This document shows positions 43,290 through 60,034 of a DNA stretch of 64,000 nucleotides, one piece after another. Position 1 is the first letter of the stretch. Each line of letters begins with the position of its first letter. Below the pieces are notes generated by a model. It was not told the DNA's origin, did not search any database, and saw nothing but the letters and a program-made list of their open reading frames with translations. The position numbers were made by a program, and so were the translations under genes. This DNA is from the human T2T-CHM13v2.0 reference genome, Homo sapiens. The DNA lies in the NCBI RefSeq assembly GCF_009914755.1, contig NC_060930.1. One strand, 5' to 3'.

Positions 43290-43600
43290 CAAAAAAGGAC
43301 TAGGACTAAGACTGAATGGCACCAGGATTCTCTGTCCCTGGTTGGAACTACTCGGTGTAAATCAGCTCTATTCTCCCTGCGGCTTTGTTGTTGGTGGTGC
43401 TGTTATTTTCAAGGGACTCATGCTCTTAGGAAGTGACTTGTCAGCCTATGCTAAAGCAAATGCAAACTCCTGAACTAATCAACTGGAACAAGAGGTCGGG
43501 ATAACATAAAAACACTGCAGCTCACTCTGGAGCCCAGAAAACGGGATGAGGGTGGGGGTGGCCACTCATTTCCCAGAAAGGCTGTGCTGCCAGAAAATCC
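43290..43600 (-). mobile_element. MLT1 (old MaLR) LTR fragment
   Basis: ctcttaggaagtgacttgtcagcc...actcctgaactaatcaactgga...tttcccagaaaggctgtgctgccagaa. Confidence 0.4.
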
Positions 43601-44559
43601 ACAGAACTCAATAAATGTGAGGATTAAATGTATAGAGATGATCTTCAATTTTTTATGATGTTTGAGATATAAATATCTCGGAATGATGCAGTCTTTTTAT
43701 TTTCAAAATTAATTTTCTGGTTTTAAAATGATCACATTATTAAAATGTATCACCTCTGTATTTTCCCTCAAGCCTCATCATATGCAAATACGTAGGTATT
43801 TATACATATGATTTGTACATACATGTATACATATATACATACACACAATTTAGAATATATGTATAAAATATACAACAAAATTAAATATGTATAAATTTAA
43901 CTGTACAAAGATAATAAGTATATTCAAACCAGCACTCTTTCAGTGCCTTGAAAAAGTTACTTAAACATATGTATTTGATTTAAGTTAAGTAATCATTTAT
44001 ATTATGTTTCATTAATTGGTTGTGTCTCTGTGTTCTAGTCTAGCCATAGCAAGTTTGGCTAATCAGAGATTGGGTAAATCATTATGAGAGAATATGTTGA
44101 AGATGATGAACATAGCAGTTAGATAAATTGGTGTGAATATAACTTTAATTTTTAAGTTAGGCAAAATAAAAAATCCCTACAGTAATCTTTTACCATTTGA
44201 ACTTCATCTTATAACCAACATTTGTTTATTCATTTCTTTTCATACAGGTGTTATGGACAAAATCCTATACTAACACAAAATAATTAAAATTGATTTCTAC
44301 ACTTTGTTTTTTTCTTAACTAAATTTCCTGAAGTTAATTGTTTATACAGTTACCATATCTCAACCCTGAAGACTTCAATAATTCTAAAAATTTGAAGTTA
44401 AAACCCAGCGCCCATTAGCTTGATTTTATTTACCTTATACAAACTTGTTTCTTATCTATGCTTTCAATCGTATAAACCATTATTCCTGAAATCACAATTT
44501 CAGGCCAAAGAGAACTGTTTTTCTCCAAATACACCATGCACATAACTGATTTTATAGAA

Positions 44560-44788
44560 AGCAATATTATGCCTAGTGGTTAAAATTCAGGCTCTTGTGT
44601 TAGACGGTACAGGGTTCAGGTCAGCTTGGGCATGTATTAACCGTGAGAGTTTTGACAATTCATTTGACCCCTTTATGCCCCATTTACCCTTATCTGTAAC
44701 AAAAATGGAAATAATAAAAGCACTTACTTAATGAGGTTAAAAGGATTAGAGGGGACAATCAGGCAAAATCCTGAGCACACTGCCGGCC
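44560..44788 (+). mobile_element. MIR
   Basis: tagtggttaaaattcaggctcttgtgttagac...ttatctgtaac aaaaatggaaataataaaagcacttactt...ctgagcacactgccggc. Confidence 0.75.
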
Positions 44789-45079
44789 CCTCCTTGTCTG
44801 CTTCTCCTCCTTCCCCTCTTTCTCCTTCTTTTACTATTTAGCTCACTATTACACACTTGTTGACCTCTGCTGGGGAAAACTATACAATGAGTTAGCACCT
44901 CTCCAAATTAATCATAAGAAATCTTGCTTTGGTGCTCAACACTCCACTCCTTTTCCTCGCTTATTTTTGGCGCACTCACTGCACCTCTTCTGCAGTTGCA
45001 ACTGCACACTTTCTCCTGCATACTTTCTCCTTTACTCCTCAAAATATCTGCATCCCTTCAGACTCCTAGTGAATGCCTT

Positions 45080-45720
45080 TTTTTTGATGAACAACCTGAG
45101 AAAATAGAATCTTCTGTGTATCTGATGACCAAATGTAGACAATCAAGCAAACAAACAAAAGCCATATCTACATATATACTCTTTATTTGTTTAAATGGAG
45201 AAAATTTCCCTCTCCTTGCCAATCCCTCACCTGTTCTCAGTATCCCACTCCACCATCCAAATGTTCACCAGAATCATAAGATGCTGAATGCCCCATTTTT
45301 TTTTTGTCTGTTCTTACAAACTCTCTTGATGTACTGTCTTATCAGCAAACAAGCTTACTCCACTTTCTCTTTCTTAACAAGAATAAAAAAACAGAAAAGC
45401 CTCATAAACAAATCTTATAGTATTCTAAGCCCCCTACCCTAGGGAGATCACTTTAATTTTTCCTTATAGGACAATACTCAAAACATCAACACTTTCTGAA
45501 TATGTTGATACTTTTTCAGTTTCTCCTACTCAAACCATTCTGATCTGGTTTCTGCCTACACTGGTCTACTACAATGCCTCTAGGTTGATTAATAATCACT
45601 TATTTTATTTTACACTGTGTAGATAGCTTTTGTCCTCATCTTAAATGCCAACAGTAATTAATGAAGATGGGCATTTCCTTCCTGAAATAGCTGATTTCTA
45701 TGATACCACACTATCCAAAG
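45080..45720 (+). mobile_element. L2 internal fragments
   Basis: ctcaaaccattctgatctggtttctgcctacac, ttttgtcctcatcttaaa, ttccttcctgaaatagctgatttctatgataccacactatcc. Confidence 0.55.
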
Positions 45721-46559
45721 TTCAAATATATTTAATCTCTTATTCTATGTCTTGTCTGTTTACAAGATAAAAGTACCTGAGACAGAATCATACACATGTT
45801 TGTGTTGAATCTTCCTCCCCTTTTTAATAACCAATATTGCATATGAATTATTGTGTATAATTTTAGAGTTTTAAGTTGTGTTATATGCATTGCTGACAAA
45901 AATTAGTGGTAGAGATAAAAACAGAATGAGTCAAAATTTAAACCAACCGATCTGCTTACATGAGAAAATCCCATGTACTAATTAATACAAATTACAAAAC
46001 TATAAAGTATGAAATGCAATGTGTTTACATTTAATTGCATTTTAAATTGATACTGCATTTTAAATTGATACAACTTTTGTCACCATAGCTAAAGGCATTT
46101 ATGAATAATAATGAGCTCATCAGTGTGATTCTCTTTCAATCCTTAATGAATAGGAATGAGTTACTTTATTTTAACTGACTTGCTCTTTGTTTCAATTAAT
46201 CATAAAAACACATGAAAGATAATGCCCCTTTATTATGTCTGAGTTCTTTCGTTTTCTTTTTCCTGATTTCAAAATAATTAGAATATGACTATGAGTAAAG
46301 CAAACAGGTAAATGTGAGCTAGAAAATTAACTTAAAAAATATAGAATTTGAAAATGACAGCTCTTTTATATCTAAAAATAAAATATTAAATGACACTCAA
46401 TTTTTAAAAGTATTAATTATTGTCGTAATTCTCCAGTAGTTGAGGCAACCAGAATTGATAACCAAAACAAATTGGAATAACTCTATCATGATAAATAGGT
46501 ACAAACTTATATGAATACTAATTACTAGCTTATAAAACATGTTCTCCAACTACTACCCT

Positions 46560-46940
46560 ATTTAATTCTTACAATGGTCTGAAAATAAAACAGTTATAAT
46601 TACATAGTTTATTTTGCAATGAAGGAAATTGACCTAGTTTAAATAATTGAGTGAGGACTTCAAGTCTACATATTCTGACTCTGAAATCCTTTTGCATTTT
46701 ATTCTCAGGAATTCAATAAAGTCAGTATTTAAAAGTGTGTACTCTGGAGTCAGAATGCTTTTTAAAATTCTAGCTCTAGCCTTCTCTATTTGTTATTTGA
46801 GGCAAGTTTCTTTACCTACAAAAGGAGGATTAAACACAGTGCTGAGGTTAGGGAATTTTGTAAGACTTGAGTTAAAAATGTGAAGAAACTTGATTCCTAC
46901 CTACCACATAATAAGTGGTTACTACATGTTACTTATTAAT
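46560..46940. mobile_element. Two adjacent MIR fragments in opposite orientation (minus ~46560-46700, plus ~46720-46940)
   Basis: ttattttgcaatgaaggaaattgac (reverse core); taaaagtgtgtactctggagtcagaatgc (forward head). Confidence 0.55.
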
Positions 46941-47278
46941 AGGTCTTTCTCCCTCCTCATCATTTTCTTCACTATTACATATCTGATACATAATATTTAA
47001 GGGTAAATGCAGAAGAAATAAAAGGTTAAAGGCTAAAAATGTTTAAAAATATATAAATAAATTCAAAACATTTTAAGGACACAATTAATAGAAAGGTTGA
47101 AAGGTGATCATATTCATTAAAAAGTTATTTATTTATTTGTAGAAATTAGCCCTGACTTCATATTGTAAAGAGATTTTCGAAGGTAGAATTAAATGTTTCA
47201 GAGTTGGAGTTGTTATAAGTCACTATCTTTTTTTTTAATATTGTGCTTTAATAATAAAGAAAAAAAAACCCCATACCA

Positions 47279-48183
47279 GGGAGGAGCCAAGATGGCCGAA
47301 TAGGAACAGCTCCGGTCTACAGCTCCCAGCGTGAGCAACGCAGAAGACGGGTGATTTCCGCATTTCCATCTGAGGTACCGGGTTCATCTCACTAGGGAGT
47401 GGCAGACAGTGGGCGCAGGTCAGTGGGTGCGCTCACCTTGCGCGAGCCGAAGCAGGGCGAGGCATTGCCTCACCTGGGAAGCACAAGGGGTCAGGGAGTA
47501 CCCTTTCTGAGTCCAAGAAAGGGGTGACGGAAGGCACCTGGAAAATCGGGTCACTCCCACCCGAATACTGCGCTTTTCCAACGGGCTTAAAAAACGATGC
47601 ACCACGAGGTTATATCCCGCACCTGGCTCGGAGGGTCCTACGCCCACGGAGTCTCCCTGATTGCTAGCACAGCAGTCTGAGATCAAACTGTAAGGCGGCA
47701 GCGAGGATGGGGGAGGGGCGCCCGCCATTGCCCAGGCTTGATTAGGTAAACAAAGCAGCCAGGAAGCTGGAACTGGGTGGAGCCCACCACAGCTCAAGGA
47801 GGCCTGCCTGCCTCTGTAGGCCCCACCTCTGGGGACAGGGCACAGACAAACAAAAAGACAGCAGTAACCTCTGCAGACTTAAATGTCCCTGTCTGACAGC
47901 TTTGAAGAGAGCAGTGGTTCTCCCAGCACACAGCTGGAGATCTGAGAACGGGCAGACTGCCTCCTCAAGTGGGTCCCTGACCCCTGACCCCCGAGCAGCC
48001 TAACTGGGAGGCACCCCCCAGCAGGGGCACACTGACACCTCACATGGCAGGGTATTCCAACAGACCTGCAGCTGAGGGTCCTGTCTGTTAGAAGGAAAAC
48101 TAACAAACAGAAAGGACATCCACACCAAAAACCCATCTGTACATCACCATCATCAAAGACCAAAAGTAGATAAAACCACAAAG
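47279..48183 (+). promoter_or_regulatory. L1 5' UTR internal sense promoter and antisense promoter
   Basis: Intact YY1 site caagatggccg near +10, CpG-containing, SOX-type aaacaaa motifs at ~47748 and ~47848. Confidence 0.9.
47420..47728 (-). CDS. ORF0: L1 antisense ORF0, C-terminally extended (102 aa)
   Basis: ATG at L1 nt ~450; MAGAPPPSSLPPYSLISDCCASNQGDSVGVGPSEPG matches the ORF0 N-terminus. Confidence 0.75.
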   Translation of the reverse strand: MAGAPPPSSLPPYSLISDCCASNQGDSVGVGPSEPGAGYNLVVHRFLSPLEKRSIRVGVTRFSRCLPSPLSWTQKGYSLTPCASQVRQCLALLRLAQGERTH

Positions 48184-49200
48184 ATGGGGAAAAAACAGAA
48201 CAGAAAAACTGTAAACTCTAAAAAGCAGAGTGCCTCTCCTCCTCCAAAGGAACGCAGTTCCTCACCAGCAACGGAACAAAGCTGGATGGAGAATGACTTT
48301 GACGAGCTGAGAGAAGAAGGCTTCAGACGATCAAATTACTCTGAGCTACGGGAGGACATTCAAACCAAAGGCAAAGAAGTTGAAAACTTTGAAAAAAATT
48401 TAGAAGAATGTATAACTAGAATAACCAATACAGAGAAGTGCTTAAAGGAGCTGATGGAGCTGAAAACCAAGGCTCGAGAACTACGTGAAGAATGCAGAAG
48501 CCTCAGGAGCCGATGCAATCAACTGGAAGGAAGGCTATCAGCGATGGAAGATGAAATGAATGAAATGAAGCCAGAAGGGAAGTCTAGAGAAAAAAGAATA
48601 AAAAGAAATGAGCAAAGCCTCCAAGAAATATGGGACTATGTTAAAAGACCAAATCTATGTCTGATTGGTGGACCTGAAAGTGATGGGGAGAATGGAACCA
48701 AGTTGGAAAACACTCTGCAGGATATTATCCAGGAGAACTTCCCCAATCTAGCAAGGCAGGCCAACGTTCAGATTCAGGAAATACAGAGAATGCCACAAAG
48801 ATACTCCTCGAGAAGAGCAACTCCAAGACACATAATTGTCAGATTCACCAAAGTTGAAATGAAGGAAAAAATGTTAAGGGCAGCCAGAGAGAAAGGTCGG
48901 GTTACCCTCAAAGAGAAGCCCATCAGACTAACAGCAGATCTCTCGGCAGAAACCCTACAAGCCAGAAGAGAGTGGGGGCCAATATTCAACATTCTTAAAG
49001 AAAAGAATTTTCAACCCAGAATTTCATATCCAGCCAAACTAAGCTTCATAAGCAAAGGAGAAATAAAATCCTTTACAGACAAGCAAATGCTGAGAGATTT
49101 TGTCACCACCAGGCCTGCCTTACAAGAGCTCCTGAAGGAAGCACTAAACATGGAAAGGAACAATCAGTACCAGCTGCTGCAAAATCATGCCAAAATGTAA
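48184..49200 (+). CDS. L1 ORF1: LINE-1 ORF1p (338 aa), full length
   Basis: MGKKQNRK...NHAKM; REKG, ARR and YPAKLS motifs intact; R159C substitution. Confidence 0.97.
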   Translation: MGKKQNRKTVNSKKQSASPPPKERSSSPATEQSWMENDFDELREEGFRRSNYSELREDIQTKGKEVENFEKNLEECITRITNTEKCLKELMELKTKARELREECRSLRSRCNQLEGRLSAMEDEMNEMKPEGKSREKRIKRNEQSLQEIWDYVKRPNLCLIGGPESDGENGTKLENTLQDIIQENFPNLARQANVQIQEIQRMPQRYSSRRATPRHIIVRFTKVEMKEKMLRAAREKGRVTLKEKPIRLTADLSAETLQARREWGPIFNILKEKNFQPRISYPAKLSFISKGEIKSFTDKQMLRDFVTTRPALQELLKEALNMERNNQYQLLQNHAKM

Positions 49201-49248
49201 ACACCATCGAGACTAGGAAGAAACTGCATCAACTAACGAGCAAAATAA

Positions 49249-52015
<2,767 letters not shown>

Positions 52016-52278
52016 GAACAAAAAAACCAAACACCGCATATTCTCACTCATAGGTGGGAATTGAACGATGAGATCACATGGACACAGGAAGGGGAATATC
52101 ACACTCTGGGGACTGTTGTGGGTTGGGGGGAGGGATAGCATTGGGAGATATATAGTTAGTGGGTGCAGCGCTCCAGCATGGCACATGTATACATATGTAA
52201 CTAACCTGCACAATGTGCACATGTACCCTAAAACTTAAAGTATAATAAAAAATAAAAATAAAAAAATAAAATAAAAAA

Positions 52279-52375
52279 GAAAATACCAAATTGCATTTTA
52301 AAATGCATTTGACCTCCAAAGATTATTTGATTTAAATAAATATGTTCATTAATGCTGGCATTAAAAAAAAAAAAA
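52279..52375 (+). other. L1 3'-transduced segment with its own AATAAA and A13 tail
   Basis: Unique sequence between the first A-rich tail and the second poly(A)/TSD; AATAAA at 52335-52340, A-run at 52363-52375. Confidence 0.85.
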
Positions 52376-52640
52376 TCCCATACCACTAAAGTATTTTAAA
52401 ACAACCTATTAAAAAATCGTAAAATCAAATTTTGTTGCTATGTTTTAAATTTTAATTATTCATTTGTTATTAAGATTATATTGCATTTAATCATTCAGAG
52501 AAGACTATTTCAATGTATAGTCAATTATTTATATTTAATATATATTAAATATAAAGAATTTGGTGCTGTCCTGATGGCTTCCATTACATACTATAACATT
52601 TCATTATTAAATATTATATATATATGTTGGTAATCATAAC

Positions 52641-54660
<2,020 letters not shown>

Positions 54661-54739
54661 CTAGATTCCAGAATAACTCAAACTAAATAAATGAGAAATA
54701 TATTTCAAGAAAACTATTTTGTTTATGAAACTAAGAATA

Positions 54740-55060
54740 GTAATGACTTGAATTAGAGACTCAAATATGATCAGACTATTCACTCTACCTGTCGTTTATG
54801 CTCCTTTCTGTGCATCTATTTCTCTCCTTTTTCTTTCTCTGAACAGCAGAATTCTCCAATTTTCATGATATTTGCAGATAAAATGTAGCTTCTCTTAGAA
54901 TCCAAAGTTTAAGCCTCACAGCTTCATCCACCAGCAATAGAGAGCTTGTCTTCTGTATACCAAATTCAAAAGTTTCGGGGAAAGAACTCATTAGCTCATC
55001 TTGGGTTTTATGCCCAATTCTGAATGAATCAATTTATCCAGGAAATAGATGTATTGTAGG
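54740..55060 (-). mobile_element. MLT1 LTR fragment
   Basis: ggggaaagaactcattagctcatcttgggttttatgcccaattctgaatgaatcaat. Confidence 0.55.
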
Positions 55061-56999
55061 AATATGATAGTTTCCATTGGACTGCTTGCAATAAAAAGCA
55101 ATATTATACAATCCAATGTTTTGTAATATTTTAATTTTAAATCCTCAGATATCCACCTGACTTACTGATAACCATTAATGACTAAATTAGTTCTAAATTA
55201 ACATTACTTTTTAATTTTTAAATAATTTCTTGCTTCAATATAAAAACTTTGATAAGCTTCAAAAAAGGATGATTTACCATTAGTTTTCCTTTTCTTCTAT
55301 TTATAAGAGGAAAAAGGAACTAAAAACCATATGAATGACATAATTTTATTTAATTAACATAAAGAAATGAGAACAATTGTTTTATATATCTTAATAAATT
55401 GGATTGAAAAAATATTCCCTTCCATGAGCACAAATAGCTTCTACAGTGGGAGAAAAGATACAGAAATTGAGTAAAGCTACATATGCTGGTATCCTGTATT
55501 AAATGTCTGATATACAATGGCAATAAAAGTCTCACATTGTGTTACTGAAAAAGGAAAGGTAATTTTGGAGAGTAGATATTCTATACCTTTTAAGCCCACT
55601 GATAGCCATCTATGAATAGCATAGATAGCAATCTATGAATTTGCCTGCGTTTTAAAGCCAGCTTTTGGTCAATTCATGAACATTTGGGAAGAAGTTGTGG
55701 AGCTGGAGGTTGGTCATAGAAATTATCTAGAGATAACCAGTGACATTAGTATTTGTATTTTAAGGAACTAGAACAAATAAATGAGTGAAAGACATCTTGA
55801 TCTTTAAAGATTCTCAACTTCTAAAGTCCCAATACTCTAATAATGCTTACTTGAACAGTGTCTTGGTCCGTGAGCAAGTGGAGAATAATATGCTTTGGAA
55901 TAGATAGATTATGTATCAATGCATGTCATTATTTTTATTCGTCTGTGGATATTAAATTGTGATAAGGCACAAATGAATTATACATTAGAAGAATTAGTAT
56001 GCAAACATTGATTTTGTGCTTAGGGACATTCTATACACTGAGCATCTTAGAAAACTTTATGCTACGTGGACTATTTTATAAAAGAAATTACCCTCAGGGA
56101 TTGACTAAAAATCTGGTTATGATTATAAGCCATTATATGTCAATACAATGTAAAATAAAAGTAACATGCTATAATTTTCAAATTATGGCCTAAAGATGGC
56201 CAAATATAGCATACATTTCAAAAATCAATATGGTGTATATTTCAATCAACTGGCTTCAATATTAAGTAATATAGTTATCCAAGGAAGGACAATCACAATA
56301 TGCAGATTAGTTTAAAGAGGGTGAATTGAATAGCGAAGGTTTGATATGGCAGAGAGCCAAAGAAGCCCTGGGACCTAGCTGGAGAGAATAGTTTAAAGGT
56401 GGAGCATCAAAATCATTTTTTTACAAACCAATTTCTCTACTGTTAATAACATTCCTACTTAATAAAATCATATTTATTATGCATGATAGGGACTTGTTTC
56501 TCTATTTCACTTATTTAAATTATAAATTTTATCCACTATTTTTACAGTTTTGTAAAACAGGATGATTTCCCACTGAAACTAGAAAATTATTCCTCAGCTC
56601 TCAATCCCCTCAAAAGCCTAATAATTAATTCATCTAAATATGAAGAATTTTTAAGTAGTCACAAAAATATCTGAGGTCTAACCTTTGATATAATTGATGA
56701 CACAAATTGATATAATTGATAATGCAAATTGCATTATCAAAAATATTCTTGTAATATAAGTAAAAGAAAACAAGAGCTCTCTGCAAATAACTTTTTTGTA
56801 TTATTAATAACTGTGTTTGCCATCAGCAGATGATAATAAAAATACACTTTGGAACTGATAAATTTACTATACTCTGTCTCATACTGTGGGTTATGTACAA
56901 TTAATATGATCTAGTCACCTAAAAATCACTAAAGTACAATGTATTAAGTACTAGAAAAAAGGTAAAAATAATAAAATGTATTTTATCAGGAGGATTATG

Positions 57000-57770
57000 A
57001 CAGAGATTCCAGTAACTGGAAGCAGCATGAACATAGATAGGGAACTATGAGAAATTAAAGCATTTTCAGGAAGGAAAGATTATTCAAGATAACAGATAGA
57101 ATATGTATAAATTCAGGTGACCAGAAATACACCTAAATTCGGGGGAAAGAAACTGTGTGTGAACATGTTTGTACAACACAGTTGTCTAAGAAGTTTGTAA
57201 TTACTTTGCCAGGCAACAGACAAATGTTGAAAAGTTTTATCAAAAATATTATTTTTGACTTGTTGCTGTACAGAATACATAGAGTACATAGAGTATACTG
57301 ATGTCAGTTTTAGGTTGAATTTGAAGAAGGTGAGAATCCAGATATGCTAACTGGTTAAAAGGATTAATTTTATAGTTTAGACAAGAGGTGATGAACCTTA
57401 GAGGGAAGGGAAGGTTTAGGTTTACTAAGGGAAGTGTATAGAGAGGTTAAGAATGTTTACCTCTAGCTTTCAGTGTTAGATAGTTGTGTTGTATATTTTT
57501 AAAATTAATACAAGTTTATTAAACAAATTTTGAGAAAGAGATATTTAATAGTACATTATGCATGTTGAAATCTGTTTTAGGCATGTAGAAAAAAAGTTTT
57601 GGCAGGATATCCTGCAGCAATACAGCAGAAATGTATTTCTGCAGACCAAGCAGATATCAGGTCTAAAGATGTAGAGTTAGTATTCATTAGCGTATTGGTA
57701 AGAGCTCAGAAATGAAGCATGGATATGAATAAAAAATGAATTTATGAAAATCTTGAAGTGAAGAAGGATG
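57000..57770 (-). mobile_element. L2 fragments
   Basis: cattttcaggaaggaaagattattcaag, tagtttagacaagaggtgatgaa, caggtctaaagatgtagagttagtattcattagc. Confidence 0.45.
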
Positions 57771-58089
57771 AATATATAACCTTTGAGCAAGAGCATTTAA
57801 GTAGAAAATGGAGAAAAATACCAAAAAGATAGATGATAATAAAAGAAGAAATGAAGGAAAATGGTTATTCAACATTTTGATCTATTTTGCCATAATCTTC
57901 CCCGACTCTGAGCAGTAAAGTTTTCTTCATCTTCATTTTATTCAGGGAGCTAGGATATTTTTTATGTTTCTGCTTATGTCTAGTATTCTGTGTTAAATGT
58001 GGAGCCTATATTTTAATAAGTCCAATTCTGATGAACAAGCCAGAAATTAATTAGTGCAAAAATGATCTGAAGTATTAGATTTCCATTTA

Positions 58090-58720
58090 AATTTCTTGTT
58101 GAATGGTTTCAACATGTGTTCTATCTGAATCTGGATTCTATTTGTTGTTTTGGCTCTTGGCATTGTATTGCTTTTTCACAATTTCTTGTTGAATTAGTCA
58201 TCATGTATAGACTGCTAGAGACAGGTATTACGCATGCCTGGAAATGAGTAAATCTTTTCTGCCACTAGGCCCGTATTGGCTGATAACAATCTCTTCTGAA
58301 GTTGCAGTGACTTTGGCTTTGCTGTTGCTGTGTTCCGTTTAGTACACCACAGGTTTCAGATTCCTGTAGTCAAATCTTGTGTTAGGGGTGGAGGCTGGTT
58401 GACCAGAGGATTTTTCTTAATTTCTGCTCCAACATATGATGATGGTCTCCCTCTGTTTACTTATTTGTGTAGCTCTTTAACACTTCATAGAGTATTTACA
58501 CATTAATTATTGTTCCCTGCTTGTTAGCCTGGTATGGGTAGGAGTGCACGAAAGGGCCGTTGTTCTGGATAAGCCTCAGTCAGGCAGGCACTGTATGCTG
58601 GGTCTTGGAGGTGAGTCCTTTTCCTTGTTACTGTTCTACCACAGCTATAGTTCTGGGTTCAGCACATATTCCTGGCTTTTTAATTTTATGTTCATTTCCC
58701 ACAGCTGCATTTATTGTTCA
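58090..58720 (-). mobile_element. Ancient L1M 5'-region remnant
   Basis: catgtgttctatctgaatctggattctat...tttcttgttgaattagtcatcatgtatag. Confidence 0.4.
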
Positions 58721-59861
58721 TTACTTCCATAGGGTGAAAGCATATGCAGGTCTATATTTCTCCTTCACATTTTGTGATAAATCTACCATAGGCACACAAT
58801 CCTAAAGTCAAAATCAGTAATTATTTTCATAGCTAGTCAATTAAATTAAAATAAAATATTTGGAAAATTTTTCTATAGGAATTATTTTAGTTATCTGAAG
58901 TACAATAAATATGTAGATAAATACATAGATAACTTGGAATTATGTAGGTTCATCAGTTTATATGTATATGTTACATGTGTAAATAATGGAAACAACATTT
59001 TTTTTTAGTTCATTGCTTCCACATGCAAATCCAGGTTTTCCATCTTCCTTTAATGACCATGAGTAGCATTTCTGAGACTCTCAGGAGTCACCTGTGCTTA
59101 CAAACAAGTCTGCTTCCATCTACCCCTCTATATTCTCCAGAGCATATTCCTAGTACAAGATTCTGTTGAAAACGTGCAGACTTCTCTCAAGTTGTGTGAT
59201 CTCTTCAGTGTCTGGATACTGCTTTTCTGGCACCCTCAGAGAAGAAAGCTGTTTCCCTGCTGAGGGAGAGTTGAGAGTTACCTAACATGCAAAACCTTGG
59301 AAGTGCTAAGCCCCACTCATTTCCATTCAGTTTCTACTTCAACTGGGCCATGCTATAATCTAAACCAAAACAGAAAAAAAAAAAAAAACCAAAAAACTCA
59401 AATACGTGCCTCACATTTAGACCAAAAAAGTACCATTGTTTATACCTTATCTGCCAAATATGCCCTACAGATTTTCTAGGATAAAACAGAGCTATTTTCT
59501 TAGGCTTAACTAGTCTGAGCTCATTAATTAAGGGGCTAGATTTAGTTAGGCATCGCATTTCATGCTGTTCTATTTTTATTTCTCTCATATTCTTGCTTTC
59601 ATGTCTTTCTTCACAAAACTTACGTGTTTTCATAAAACCTAAAAGTTCCTGGTCCTGAGCCTTCTAGATCTTAGGAGAGATTCAAATAAGACTCTACTGC
59701 ATGTGAAAAAACTAGCCCTAGTAATTAATTTTATTACAAGACAGGTAAGAAAATATTAAGTAATTAGTATTTGCTTAGAAAATTTGTTTACCTAAATAAT
59801 GTGTCATTCTTTGTTCAGAATTCCTATCTTCACAAGAAATAATTACTAAGGGATTTTACTA

Positions 59862-60034
59862 TGATATTGTATCAATTTCAAAGTGTACATTTTCTACAAT
59901 ATAACAAGTCTCAATCAATAGGTATCATAAGTTGACGGTCCACTATAATTTATTCCAATGCGTTTTTTTCTTAGTGATATATAAAACAATAGTCCATCTT
60001 ACAATCAGTGGCAATTTAGATTTGAAAAATTATA
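59862..60034 (+). mobile_element. MER104-like TcMar-Tc2 MITE
   Basis: ttcttagtgatatataaaacaatagtccatcttacaatcagtggcaatttagatttgaaaaatta. Confidence 0.55.

Noticed and set aside
44924-45442. 172-aa ORF
   Set aside because: Non-ATG start, overlaps decayed L2 and pyrimidine-rich sequence, no recognisable domain.
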